From Eledone cirrhosa (Eukaryota), in contig OZ024740.1 of NCBI GenBank assembly GCA_964016885.1, positions 129,208,001 through 129,272,000 of the forward strand: a DNA stretch of 64,000 nucleotides. The letters are read 5' to 3'. A model generated the notes under the pieces. That model saw only the letters and a program-made list of their open reading frames with translations, searched no databases and was not told the origin of the DNA. This document shows, piece by piece, positions 29,521 to 43,836 of this stretch. Numbering within the stretch: the stretch's first letter is position 1; every line of letters begins with the position of its first letter. Made by a program: the position numbers and the translations under genes.

Positions 29521-30699
29521 AAGAAAGTAAGATTTATGTCATATCCCATAAGGGTAACATATATTACAATGTGTTGCGAATGTAGTTGACATGTTTAAGA
29601 AGGTATATTTACAATAAATTCCCCCGTTTCACAGTTTTATGAGTTTTTAAATTTAAATGTGATTTTTGAAAACTTGTTTTTTTTTTTATTTCGAGCTACT
29701 TTGTAATACAACTGGTTTCTAATTACGGCCCAAGGCCCACAATTTTGGAGCAGGAGAAATACGATTAATTCAGAAACAATTATTATCATTATTATTGCCT
29801 TTCATCCCTACGGGGTCTATAAAATAAAGTACCAGTAATGTACTGGGTTATTGCTAGCCTTGTGCCTAAATTAAAAACAATTACTATTATCTGTACTTGC
29901 TGTCACGTTGCTCTTCAAATTCCGATATAGTAAGAAAGAAAAGAAATCTATTTCTACACACACATGAAAACAAAATTCATGTTGGTTTGAATGTTATGGG
30001 TCTGTGACTAGCCACATTCACTGAACAATGATATTCTGAATGTTGACGCAACATCTGGAACAAAATACTTTCCTATTCAGCTTATCACTAATTTTGGGCG
30101 CCAAACCTACAACAAAAGAAATATTGCTAATCACGTGATCAGCCCTAACCAGTGAAATTTCATTTTAAACACATAGCAACATGAGCCACTTTTTGGCATA
30201 TAACGGAAATAGATATCCCAAATCATTTGATGCAAGACACATAATCATATAGCCATACATTTCTCCATCTCAAATACAAAGTAATCAAGAAACAGTGAAA
30301 CCGGTGAAGTTATTGTAAATAAAGCTTTTTAATTACAATTCGTAATTCTGTTTCACACACACACATATATATATATGATTATATATATATATGTATATGG
30401 GGGTGTTTGCATGTATGTTATGTATAAAATATGTATGTTCAAATGTCTGAAGTTATTGAGTTTTCACTTTGCTTTATGCTTATTTTACCCTAATTAAAAT
30501 TCATCGCTTAATCAAGCACTAAGACATTACCCTCAAGAGTGTAGAGCGTGTAGCCCTCTGCTTTATTCTCACACATAATTTTAAAGCTGGCTACTATTCC
30601 CGTAAGTCATGAAAATATTTGTTATATATAGACCTAAATTTATGTAAGTGTACACACACAACACACACACACATATACATACATACATACAAATATATA

Positions 30700-33600
30700 T
30701 ATAAATATAATAATAATACTATTTATAGTTATGTATATAGGATAAACACCAAAAACAGGAAGGTCAGTAATGTCTTAATTACCTTATTACCAGTAAGAGA
30801 AATAGCTCAATGTATGAACATCAGTTGTTTTATAGAGCAGTTAAATGAATAAATTATACAATTATCAAAGTTGTGTTCAAATCTTTTAATAGCTGACAAT
30901 CGTTTCTTCCAAACTCACGTTTGGTATCATCGGGGCATTATCAATGTTTGCACATATAATTACCCTCTTTTCAACTGAACAATAATATAGATACATATAA
31001 ATTGATGTTGTGAGCAACAGTTTCGTGTTTACAGGGTGGAATGGATGTGACATATATTTTACGAGAATTGTACTATAATTGTACAAACATTCAAGTTCAA
31101 ATTCAAATAAAAATGAAAATTAAAATCAAAAGCACGGAGTGGAATACATCCAACAGTTAAAACAAGGGAATAGTTCAAATATTAAAGAGGCATTAAGGAA
31201 GCAGTTTTGAGACAAGTAGAGTTCGATAACAAATCATATGAAGGCGTGTGGATAGTGAGACTGAGTAAGTCATATACACGAGAAGGAGACAAGCAAGGCT
31301 ATTATGCATACATAGATGAATAAATACTGCAGTTGAAGTAAATATATTAATGTATTAGAGTCTATGGTGGATGTTGAATGTTGATGGTTTTCGAATTAAT
31401 GTGTGTTGAGAAGCATACAGTTTTTGCAGACCTTTCCATGACATATGTTGAATACAATTTTAGTTAATGTTTATATTGAGTATTTTAAGTTAGTTAGAGC
31501 AATGGATTGTAAATTAGTCTTAATGAATTCATATTCATAGACTATATTAGATCAGCTGTTACATTTTCAATTGTTAATTTCCGGAAGTGGAGTAAATGCG
31601 TAAGGGGAGGTAACTTGCTAATTAAGTTCAATTCAGTTATTAAAATTATTTGTTCTAATACACAATATAATGTGTATTGGATCTCTGTTACAAAACCCTG
31701 TATATTTATGCCTGATTTTAAATACAGTGTATTCTACTATCATACATTAAAGATTTCTTTTGATTGTTATCTATTCATTACTGGACAAGGTATATGTTAT
31801 GAAGGATTATACAGCTGTTAATATGTCATAATAGATATGCTATATTTGTAATAATATAATCCCTAATATATAATGCTATTATATTTTATATTTAATTATA
31901 AGTGTATATATACTTTATTATTATTATGTTGTGTAATTTAAGCATTTAATTATACAATTACAAATGCACACATAGTTTATCACCACATATTACATTACAT
32001 GTCTCTACATAAAAAGTGCCAAATATCCATATTACTGTATAATATATAATTAATCTATTGTAGTTATATCGCAAGGTGGTAACTCTATGTCTAAATTTAA
32101 CTGTTATTGCAGAGCATAAGGTTATAGCTGAATAGGAGTTGTGTAGCGGAAAGAGTTGGTCGAGCGGTTTTGGTTGTGTTTGCTGCTAAATCCTATATGT
32201 GTAGTATTAATGGTGGTGGAGAATTCAAATCTGACATTGTTGTATACTAACAACTAGGTCTAAAGTCATGGAACGAGTGTCGGTACCGGTGTTGGCACGA
32301 GGACAGTTTCTCTGACTTTCAATTAAGGAGGTCTAGTTTCGAAAATATTACAGTATGAGTCTCCAGAAGGCAGCGATTACATAATTTATTCGGTGGTTTA
32401 TACGATGAGGCCCTACCTACTACTTCCCATTGCAGTGTAAATGGTTTATTCCTAGTTTTCAGAGAGTGTATGTAGTTAGATAAAGAAGTGGAGCTGGCTA
32501 GATTGTGTGTCTTCAAAGAGTGGAGGTGCGAGTTATAGCTCGTCTTGAAGTTGTTCGAAGTAGAACCTATATATGTTGTAGAAGAGTTGTTTGCGTTGAC
32601 GGTGCTTGTGTAGATGATGTATTTGGTTAAGCAATTAATACCTAAGGGGCAACTTCTATTACTTCTACAGTTACATTTATTCTGGGTGTTAGCTTGCCGG
32701 TTCCTATGTTGTGAATAATTATGGTTGCTAGGTTAGCGCTAGGGTAATGATGCCTATCATTCGTATTGTTATTGATTTCGTTAGCGCTATTATCATTATT
32801 ACTATTATTACTACTATTGTTTACAGGTACTAAGTTTACCTCCTGTTGTGTTTTAATTATTTGGAAATAGTTATTAATCTTCCTTTTATTACTACTAGCT
32901 ATATGGTATGGTATGCTATGTTAGGTGTGGTGGAATACGATATTTTAATTGTATTTTTATTGATAAGGCTATGGTAATTGTGGCCGGTCGGGAAGTTTTT
33001 TTCTAAGACTGAGAAGAAAGCCTTAGGCAAGTCGGTAGAGACGTTTAGATTGAAAGGGGGATTGAAGAATGTATTAGTTCTTCTTCTATGTTTGTTTATA
33101 GTATTGTTTTGGTAGGTATTTATATCCCTGTTTAAATTATTATTGTGGTGTTTACTTTGGTGCGAGTTCAGTTTGGTATTAATCTTCGTTTAAGCGTTAT
33201 AGTGGCTAGTGTTTTTACTATTTTTCCTCATGGCCATATTATGAGAAATAATGTTGTAACTATGTGATTTTATATGTAGGAATTCAATCTCATACTTATG
33301 TCCTGATTTAGCTAACGCCTCATTATTGTGTTGTGAATTATTGTTGAATATAGTTTCATTATATTATAGATTAGAGATTCTATTAGATATTCCTTTGGTA
33401 ATTGAGTTTAATATGGATTTAGGGTGGTTAGAGTTGGTGTTCACATAAATTAGTTTTTCGTTAGGTTTATGATAGGGTGTGTATGGTCTAGAGTCGAGGC
33501 TAAGGGTAGTGTCAAGGAAGTTGACGTTTTTAGTGTTTTATCTAAGGTGATATTTAAGTTGTAGTTTTTGAAAATTTTGTGTAACTGTTTCCTAGTTTTT

Positions 33601-35328
33601 TTCTATATTAAATTTGTTATAGTCTATGAGAAGAAGCGCATCATTGCGATATAAACCACCGTTGAGGTAGGGTAGGTGCTATGGATTTCATTAAGTAGGT
33701 ATAGGCCCACCAAATCTGTGACATGTCCGAGTCACTAGATCCCATGATTATGTCGAAGTTGTTATGCGTATCCTTGCGGGTCCATAATTGTTCTTCAAAT
33801 GTGATTATTGTTTTTCGGGCCGCAAGTATGACAACAATTTGGGATCTAATCAGGTCACTATTGTTCATGGCCATAATTAGAGCCTTATTTAATAGGATAG
33901 GGGAAATAGAGGTGTAGTAAGAATTGATGTAAAATTGTATAATTTTTTTCTATTTTTACACTCTTTAATACCCCACCGCCATCAACACTACACATATAGA
34001 ACTTAGCAGCACCAACAACCACAAACCGCTCGACCAACTCTTTCCGCTACACAACTACTATTCATCTATAACCTTATGCTCTGCAATAACAGTTAGAATT
34101 AGACATAGAGTTACCACCTTGTGATATAACTACAATATATTAATTATATCTTATAGAGTAATGGATATATGGCACTTGGTATGTAAAGACATTTAATGTA
34201 ATGTGTGGTGATAAATTATGTGTGCATTTGTAATTGTATAATTAAATGTTTAAATTACACAACATAATAATTATAAAGTATATATACACTTATAATTAAA
34301 TATAAAATGTAATAACGTTCTATATTAGGGATTATATTATTACACATATAGCATATCTATTATAGCATATTAACAGCTGTATAATCCTTCATAACATATA
34401 CCTTGTCCAGTAATGAATAGATAACAATCTAAATAAACCTTTAATATATGATAGTAGAATACACTGTATTTAAAATCAGGCATAAATATACAGAGTTATG
34501 TAACAGAGATCCAATGGTATCACATTATATTATGTATTAGAACTAAGAATTTTAATAACTGAATTGAACTTCATTAGCAAGTTACCTCCCCTTAAGCATT
34601 TACTCCACTTCCGGAAATTAACAATTGAAAATGTAACAGCTGATCTAATATAGTCTATGAATATGAATTCATTAAGACTAATTTTCAATCCATTGCTCTA
34701 ACTAACTTAAAATACTCAATATAAACATTAACTAAAATTGTATTCAACATATGTCATGGAAAGGTCTGCTTCTCAACACACATTAATTCGAAAACCATCA
34801 ACATTCAACATCCACCATAGACTCTAATACATTAATATATTTACTTCAACTGCAGTATTTATTCATCTATATATGCATAATAGCCTTGCTTGTCTCCTTC
34901 TCATGAATATGACTTACTCAGTCACACTATCCACACGCCTGCATATGATTTGTTATCGCACTCTTCCTTTCTCAAAACTGATTCCTCAATGCCTCTTTAA
35001 TATTGGGACTATTCCCTTGTTTTAACTGCTGCATATCTTCCACTCCGTGCTTTTGATTTTAATTTTAATTTTGATTTGAATTTGTACTTGAATGTTTGTA
35101 CAATTATTTTACAATTCATGTAAAATATATGTAACATCCATTCCACCCTGTAAATATGAAACTTGCTCACAACATCAATTTATATGTATCTATATTATTG
35201 TTCAGTTGAATAGGTGGGTAATTATTTGTGCAATTATTGATAATGATCCGATGACACCAAACGAGAGTTTGGAAGAAACGATTGTCAGCTATTAAATGAT
35301 TTGAAGACAACTTTGATAATTGTATAAT
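30700..35328 (-). mobile_element. Degenerate Penelope-like element with ~1.36-kb inverted repeats
   Basis: 30852-32219 is an inverted repeat of 33974-35328. The interior has an RT remnant (NFDIIMGS, YTSISP) and a GIY-YIG remnant (CNC..CPL, YIGST, LSNYIHSLK, CNRCLLE). The left boundary of the tail is approximate. Confidence 0.85.
35241..35294 (+). ncRNA. Degenerate hammerhead motif (mirrored at 30887-30940 on the minus strand)
   Basis: CCGATGA ca ccaaac-gaga-gtttgg aa GAAA cgattg TC agct. The core carries a U>C change. Confidence 0.5.
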
Positions 35329-35492
35329 ATATGTATTTATATATAAATATATATATCACATAAATCATGTCTTTAGAATCATCAGATATTAAAATATATA
35401 CTATTTCTTCTTCTAAATAGCATAATTAACCATATACCTTGTCCAGTAATATATATCTTTAATTTTATGTATATGATAACCTTTATATTTAA

Positions 35493-35565
<73 letters not shown>

Positions 35566-35576
35566 GTCCACATATC

Positions 35577-35655
<79 letters not shown>

Positions 35656-35675
35656 ATATATAAATATATATATAC

Positions 35676-35721
<46 letters not shown>

Positions 35722-35723
<2 letters not shown>

Positions 35724-35995
35724 GTTAATAATAATTTTCGATTCGTTTGTAAACAAAGGGCTCGCTTTAAAGTTCTGCCGTGCCGGTGATAGATCGTCAC
35801 CTATTAGTTCAACACTTGCTTAAGGAATAATGAACATGTTTCTGAGTCATTACCCTTCATCAGGCCTGTATACCGCTGCCAGTCGGTTGAACGGTTGAAC
35901 ATATGTAGTATTTCCCTGAAGTACACATCGGCTGAGTAGCTTCATTTGCATATCGAGCGAGTTACGGCTGGCCTTGCCGAATATCAAAATCAAAA
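35722..35995 (-). mobile_element. Short hammerhead-containing repeat, diverged homolog of 63640-63900
   Basis: Shares colinear blocks gtttgtaaacaaa, gttcaacact, aaggaa, gtatacc, ctgccag, ggctgagtagc and tgcatatcgag. Minus-strand core CTGATGA a-gggt-aatg-actc-a GAAA catg TT at ~35831-35863. Confidence 0.7.
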
Positions 35996-36102
35996 TTAGA
36001 ATTTTATAATAATAGAATGTTATTATAATTTAATGTAGTTCAGAAATCTTTGTTAATACACATCTTCACATGTCTAATTGTCTGTATCTAATTGTCTAAT
36101 TG

Positions 36103-36809
<707 letters not shown>

Positions 36810-38261
36810 ATATATATATATATATATATATAAATATATATACGTATATATGTGTATATGAGTGTGTGTATGTTAATGGGTAAAACAATTTGGTGAAGTG
36901 TATCATCAAACATGATAACTAGGTAAATCTTTTCATCTATAATTAGATTTGAAAGACACTACATAAATATATATAGCTTCTTACAAAAAGTCGCAAGCAG
37001 GAAAGTTGTCTTGTTTCGGACTGAAAGGACATATAGCGGTGCTTCGCACGTTCAATTAGCGTATAGATAACTAATTTCATTAGCAGAATTTTGATTATTC
37101 ATATTACTTTATTTGATTTTGTTTTGTACTTCAATCAACTAGTGTGTTACGATAAATTCGAACAGATTTTCAGACCTGCGATATAAATTATATATGATGA
37201 TGTAATGAAATTATTTCATATGGGACAGTCAACTAGAAGAGTGGAATTAAATAATATATCTGCTTCTATTGGAATTAATTTGATAATATTGAAAATCAGA
37301 TGCTATGTGCAACTAACTGTAAAAAAAGAATCAAATATTTTATTTTGATTATTTAGTTTTATACGGGAATCAATGAATTTTAATGCTGATGAATTACAGA
37401 ACAAATATGTCAATGTATTGATGGTTATATTCACTCTTATAACATTATGTACACAAACACTTGATGTCCTATTTAATATAAATAATATGCTCTCATATAT
37501 TGCACATACTATAATTTTACATATAAGCGTAATAAAATAAAATAGCGTCAAATAATTTCTTATTATTGGGTAGTGTAGGATACTATCTTTGTAATAACTC
37601 ACTGTGGAAAATGACTTGACAAAATCCATCCGCTTTAATGAATATCGGAAACGACAGTATTCTCGATTAAAATTGAAACTTATTGTAAAACCTAACTTCT
37701 GTCAGAATAAAATCTAACATTAGTGAAAACTATCGAAAGGAGAAGGACAGCTAATACCATTGAAATAATGAGACAAATCCATCGTCTACTAGAAATGATT
37801 TCTCACATATTACATAGTAAATATGTATGTTTAATAAATATAAATGCGTTAGTGTCGATATATAACAGTTTAAACATCTATAAACAACGGGCCAGATAAG
37901 ATGTATTAATATATTATTTCGCAACGAAAATGTAGTTCATTAAATTAACACAATATAAATGGGGATAGATAATTTGTGTGTTGATTCCATTTTTAATACG
38001 AACATATTATTAACCAGAATGAATACTGCAATACCAATGACCATCCTAATAGAGGTATGTGATTGGTTTCTTAGGACCATAAATACCTTCTCAAAATAGA
38101 ACAAATCCGATTCACCACTGTTTAAAATCAACCTTGCTCTACAAATACATATATCACTCTCTCCCTCTCTCTCACTCCACACGTACACAAACACACACAC
38201 ACACACACACACACATTTATATATCATGATTAAATGAGAAAAACTCTAATATTTACATATG

Positions 38262-38333
<72 letters not shown>

Positions 38334-38427
38334 TATAATAATAATAATAAATGTGAAGACTAAAATCTGAAGAGGTCTGGATAAGGATAATATATATATA
38401 AATATATATAAAAATTGTAAAGCAAAT

Positions 38428-39030
38428 TTTTATTAAAATAACAGATTAAACTTTAAGCAAAGAATGGCTGCTTTCACCATTCTGAAATTAAAAAAAATCT
38501 TCTAAAACTAAAAAAAATCAATCTGTGGACGCAGAAGTAAATATTTCTAAACGCGTTGTAATCGAATAAAAACAGTAAGTTGATACATATTCTTCAACTC
38601 CGGAGCTGAGAAACATTCCGTTATTCTAAATACAATATTAGTCTAATGACTCCATTTATACCATGAACGTGGTTTCGTGTTTTTGTATTTGCGTAAAATT
38701 GTTTTTCCGCCCACATAACGACGTATTATCCTCGCTTTTTTTTCCGTTCAAGAAGCAAAGTATCGATATCTGGTTTTCCTTCGGTTGCATCGTTTTTCGA
38801 AATATATACTTCTGCGTCCACATATTTATTTTGTTATTGTCAGAAGATCCCGTTAAAGGTGAAAGCAGCGATTCTTTGGATACACTTTAATCGGTTATTT
38901 TAATAAATATGTACACACTTTATTTCACGTTGCTCCTTCTACCTGGAGTTGCGACCAATAGGTAGTACCAGGAACTGCAAAGATCGTCGAAAACAATGTT
39001 TCCTCCGTCGGATTTGACGAAGATCGATCG
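38428..39030. repeat. Old diverged fold-back element with right tail, between TA tracts
   Basis: 38428-38625 is an imperfect inverted repeat of ~38715-38906 (tattaaaataac.gattaaa, gctgctttcacc, tgtggacgcagaagta). Confidence 0.7.
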
Positions 39031-39090
<60 letters not shown>

Positions 39091-39093
<3 letters not shown>

Positions 39094-39605
39094 ATATAGA
39101 ATAAAGAAAAGCGAAGTAGTTTCAGATGTTCAAGTCTTTTAAAAATAATGCTGTGATATATATTTCAATGATGACACTGGTCACACTGTTCTGTGTGCGA
39201 GTGTCGCGTCACTGTCAGACAGCTTGTTACATAATAAGGTTATGTTTCCGAGGAAATCCAAATTGAATCGACATGGGAACGGACGTAGCGTGTGCTTTTG
39301 AGTTCTTCATCCGTTCCCCTGTGAGTACCAATTGACCCCCACCGGTCTACGCAGGCGCGTGTCGATTCAATTTGGATTGCCTCGGAAACATAACCTTATT
39401 ATGTAACAATCTGTCTGACGATGTCACGACACTCGCACACAGAAGAGTGTGCCCAGTGTCGTCATTGAAATATATATCACAGCATTATTATTAAAAGACT
39501 TGAACATCTGAAACTACTTCGCTTTTCCTTATTCGATATTTACTCCGTCACTCCTATGTGGAACAATTACATTAAGTGCTTGACTTGCATCAATGTTTAC
39601 CCTAA
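39091..39605 (+). mobile_element. Fold-back element (~183-bp arms, ~86-nt spacer) with right tail, next to (TA)n
   Basis: 39091-39273 is an inverted repeat of 39360-39543. Confidence 0.88.
39411..39482 (+). ncRNA. Minimal hammerhead ribozyme with extended stem II
   Basis: ctgt CTGACGA [..acgacact-cgcacac-agaaga-gtgtgc-ccagtgtcgt..] GAAA tatata TC acag. Confidence 0.72.
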
Positions 39606-39644
39606 GTATATGTAATATATATATATAATATTAATATGTATTAT

Positions 39645-39828
39645 TGGATTGGTAGTATCGGTAGAGGGTCGGACGCCATGCTTTGCAGCAAAGAGTTACG
39701 GCCCTTGCAATTCTGAGTTCAAATCCCGCCGAGGTTAACTTTGCCTTTCATCATTACGGGGTCGATAAAATAAAGTACCAGTAATACTCTGGTAATTGGT
39801 GGCCTTGTGCCAAAAGTAGAAACAATTA
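39645..39828 (+). mobile_element. tRNA-derived SINE, near complete
   Basis: Head ttggtagtatcggtagag, B-box gagttcaaatccc, and the family core and tail. Confidence 0.85.
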
Positions 39829-40060
39829 TATATATATATTTATATGTAGTATATATATATATATATATACATAATAATAATATATATGCAGTAAGAAACA
39901 CAGTAAACCGTGTGTCTAATATTACAAGGGTTGAAAAACCACATTTGTTTGAAATATTTAACCAAGAAGCAGACAGAATGATGAAATAAAATTATATTAT
40001 ATTATACAAACCGCCTCAATAACAGGGTTTCAATTGGAGTCATTAACTCTAATTTTCATT

Positions 40061-40122
<62 letters not shown>

Positions 40123-40484
40123 TAGCTATATATATTTATACACGCACACACGCACACACACACATATATATATATATACATATATATGTGTGTATAGTTA
40201 TAATCTTTGGCAATGGTGAAACTAAATGGGGCTAGTGGAGAGATTGGCATTGTCATATGTTACGTGAATTGGGACAGACGAGTAAGACCTCATAATATTT
40301 AAGCAAATATTAAAGAACAGCAAAATTGCATTTAACCTTGTTATGATAGGGAATTATTAGTAACCTCGTTATCTGGAAAGAAATTGCTTACAATGACCAG
40401 CGTGTTCATGAATATCTATAATGAAATTGCATATTAAAAGTGATGCCGAATTAGTTGTAACCAAATGACTTAACGTTATATTCA

Positions 40485-40610
40485 CAGTATCGGTAGAGAG
40501 TCGGACGCCATGCTTTCTAGCATAGTTACGTACCTTTACAGACTGATTTCAAATCCCACCGAGGTTAACTTTAACGGGTAATTGCTGACCTTGTGCCAAA
40601 TGTAGAAACA
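40485..40610 (+). mobile_element. Internally deleted SINE with 10-bp target-site duplication
   Basis: Family head and tail are flanked by gttatattca at 40475-40484 and 40611-40620. Confidence 0.75.
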
Positions 40611-42170
40611 GTTATATTCAACTAGAGTCAATGGCAGCAAACATTACCAATATTATTATTTGACACATAAGTTATTTTATTCATTCAAAACAAATATTGT
40701 TGCTACAAAACGCGGAATAAACAAAGCAGATGCATATACTATTGATTTTAAATTATTGCAATGTTTTATTTTCAAGAAAATAAACCCACAGAAACAAATG
40801 AATAAAATGAAGCCTAAGCTTATATAAAATTACTGCAATGCCAGCAGTAATTGGATGCATATAATATAGTGTGAGTGAAGTAGCGCGAAGCAGCAAAAAT
40901 GAGAAAGAAAAAAGAATGTACACAATTCATAAGAAGCAATAGAGAAACAAAAAATGTAACTCACATTAAAGAAATAACATTTAGAAGTCAACGAGAATAG
41001 CAATGTGAAAAATAATTTACCAAGAAATAACAACATGAATAATTATAATAATGGAATAACGTACAGTTTAGAAACTTCAATTAGAGGAAAACAAAACATC
41101 ATATTTATCTGGTGTTCAGCAACACTCTTAGGAAGAGAATCTAATTTTTTTATATCATATTGTTGAATGCGGCGAATATTTATTTATATATCTATACGTA
41201 TATATAAAATGAGTGTGTATAAATAAGTATGCGTTTATGGCCGAGTGTGGATAGGCACGTGCCTGTGATTTTGTTTATAGCTAAATGTTATCTAAATTCC
41301 TGTTATTTATAATGTATCATATTGCCCAATGCCAATTCGGAATATATATTCATCGTAAGTCTGTCTCCTGGGAGAAACATTTCTGTAAGCCGTTAAAATC
41401 AGGCTCGGACACAGTAGAGTCTTGAACTGAGCGAAATGTGTTGCTTCAAGAAATAAAACTGTCGTGAATCGCAATAAATGACTAGTTGGTTCTACTGATT
41501 TATGTTTCAGTCGCTGCAGGCTATGTGAAAGGGTCGCTGAAGGTTCTCTAGAAACAGCAATAGGTGGGGGGATTATAGAAAAAGAATAAGTAGCGAAACA
41601 AAGAAATAGAAAGTAACAGATATATAGAAAGAGACAGATTAATATAGTTGATAGGGGTAGCGCGTAAAATTGTAATATATCTTGCATATTTATAGCATGA
41701 TAGAGATAGACAGGTGAGGCATGGATTGTGATTCGAGAGAGAAAAATTGCAGTGAATATATTGTATGAAAATAAGATGCCTGAAACAAAAATACTTTTCG
41801 TATTGCAAGCGTTACGATACAAAATATTATTCGTGATTTGTATAGGCATTTTGTCGTAGGAGTAAAACATACTTTGAAGTTACCTTTTATAATATAACTA
41901 CAAAACTAATAAGAGAGAAAAGGATCCAGCTGATTTTCAGGAGATCTAAAAACTGAACCATTTCCTCATTGAAACATGGGGACTGGAAATATTAGGTGAA
42001 TTCATCATGGTAAACTATGCAACAAATCTTGCCAGCCGAAACCAACCCTTACTAATATATACTTATACACCCAATAACAAATATATCTATGTATTTATCG
42101 ATATATATATATGTATATATATATATGTGTGTGTGCATGTGTGTGCGTGTATGTATTTATATACGTACAT

Positions 42171-42220
<50 letters not shown>

Positions 42221-42596
42221 TTACAAATAAGCATATGTATATTCATACATATATTAGTACTTTGATACGTAAATTCATTCAAACATATAACTCCATATGT
42301 ATAATATTTTCAACAAGAATTTACTTTCTCGTTTATCGTACCCCACCCACTAATGCAAGGTATCGTTCACATGATACTAAAAGTATGAAAAGTTTTATCC
42401 TCGTACTAAATTTGTTAGATAATTTAGTAAATGAAATTACGGCTAATAAACATATTCAATACAATTTGTGATTTCTACGAATTCCTGAACTAATTATTCA
42501 AGTTTAGAACAAGAAACGTGCAGAATTTCTCTACATTTTGAATTCTGAATCCAAAAGCATGAACGTGATAATTCATTATTATTTCTTTAATCCTGA

Positions 42597-42790
42597 AGGG
42601 CGGTGAATTGGCAGTATCGGTAGAGAGTCGGACGCCATGCTTTGACGCATAGAATTACGGCCCTTGCCATTCTGAGTTCAAATCCCGCCGAGGTTAACTT
42701 TGCCTTTGATCCTTACAGGGTCGATAAAATAAAGTACCAGTAATACAGTGGGAAATTGCTGGCCTTGTGCCAAAAGTAGAAACAATTATT
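42597..42790 (+). mobile_element. tRNA-derived SINE, full length, with ~19-bp TSD
   Basis: Complete head, core and tail. Flanks read attatttctttaa(t/c)cc(t/a)ga on both sides. Confidence 0.88.
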
Positions 42791-43629
42791 TCTTTAACCC
42801 AGATGCGCCCAGAGTGCCAATGATATCATACAGGTGATAAAGCCTGTTTAAGAAATATTGAAAATTTCAGTCCAGATATGTGGCACTCCAGGATTTATAA
42901 GGTTCCAAAGATTTAAAAATACAAGGTATTCCAATTAGTCGTAGGTGAGATTTTCGGCAAACTACTATTTTCACAAGGCCCTATAAATATGAATGGAGAA
43001 GTCAACATTATCGAAGCCATAGCTTATGACACTAATGACAGGCGTGATCATGCGAACTGGATCCATCTAGATGCACGCAATACAACAAATGGACTAAGAA
43101 ATAAATAATCCGACAAATATATTTCTAGAGTAACTCTACCTTGGTTGGTACATGAAAACGAATAAAATATACCCTGTGACTTTTTGCCAAATGTTACTGA
43201 AAATGTTACGGGCTCGATACAATAAAGTACCAGTAATGTACTGGGTTATTGCTGGCCTTGTGCCAAAAGCAGAAACAATTATTTCTATGAAGAGGTGATG
43301 CTATGATTTGACATTTCTTAAAACGTAAGATATTTTGTTATGTATTGAAATTGTTGTCTTCACATATATTATCTAATTAAATATAGATAACAAAACTTGA
43401 TATTTTTGTATATTGAAATATTTGTATATGCACATTTAATCTAATTAGACCTATTGACACGTATTCAAATAGTAGCGTTTTTCTTTTGTCGATCATTAAT
43501 AAATGTTGATGTACAGAAATGTTGATAAATATAATCGAATGGGAAAAAAATTCGCAAAAATCAAAAAGTAATTTTTATCTTGTCTGTTCAATATAGTGTC
43601 ATTGGTATATGAAAACAAAACAGAAATAC

Positions 43630-43731
<102 letters not shown>

Positions 43732-43782
43732 ATTCTACCAATTCGAGACCCGTCAACAGCCGTTTCAACAGTTAGTCAAAGG

Positions 43783-43836
43783 GCCTCACTAGTCAAAGGG
43801 CATCACGAGTAGTCAAAGGGCCTCACAGTTAACTGG
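43783..43836. repeat. Three-unit short tandem repeat tagtcaaagggc(c/a)tcac
   Basis: Direct reading of the sequence. Confidence 0.85.

Noticed and set aside
42597-42690. tRNA-like sequence with A/B boxes
   Set aside because: It is a SINE head with no complete cloverleaf and many degenerate copies, so it is not a tRNA gene.
43783-43836. Short repeated units resembling a CRISPR array
   Set aside because: No unique spacers, no cas genes, and the context is eukaryotic.
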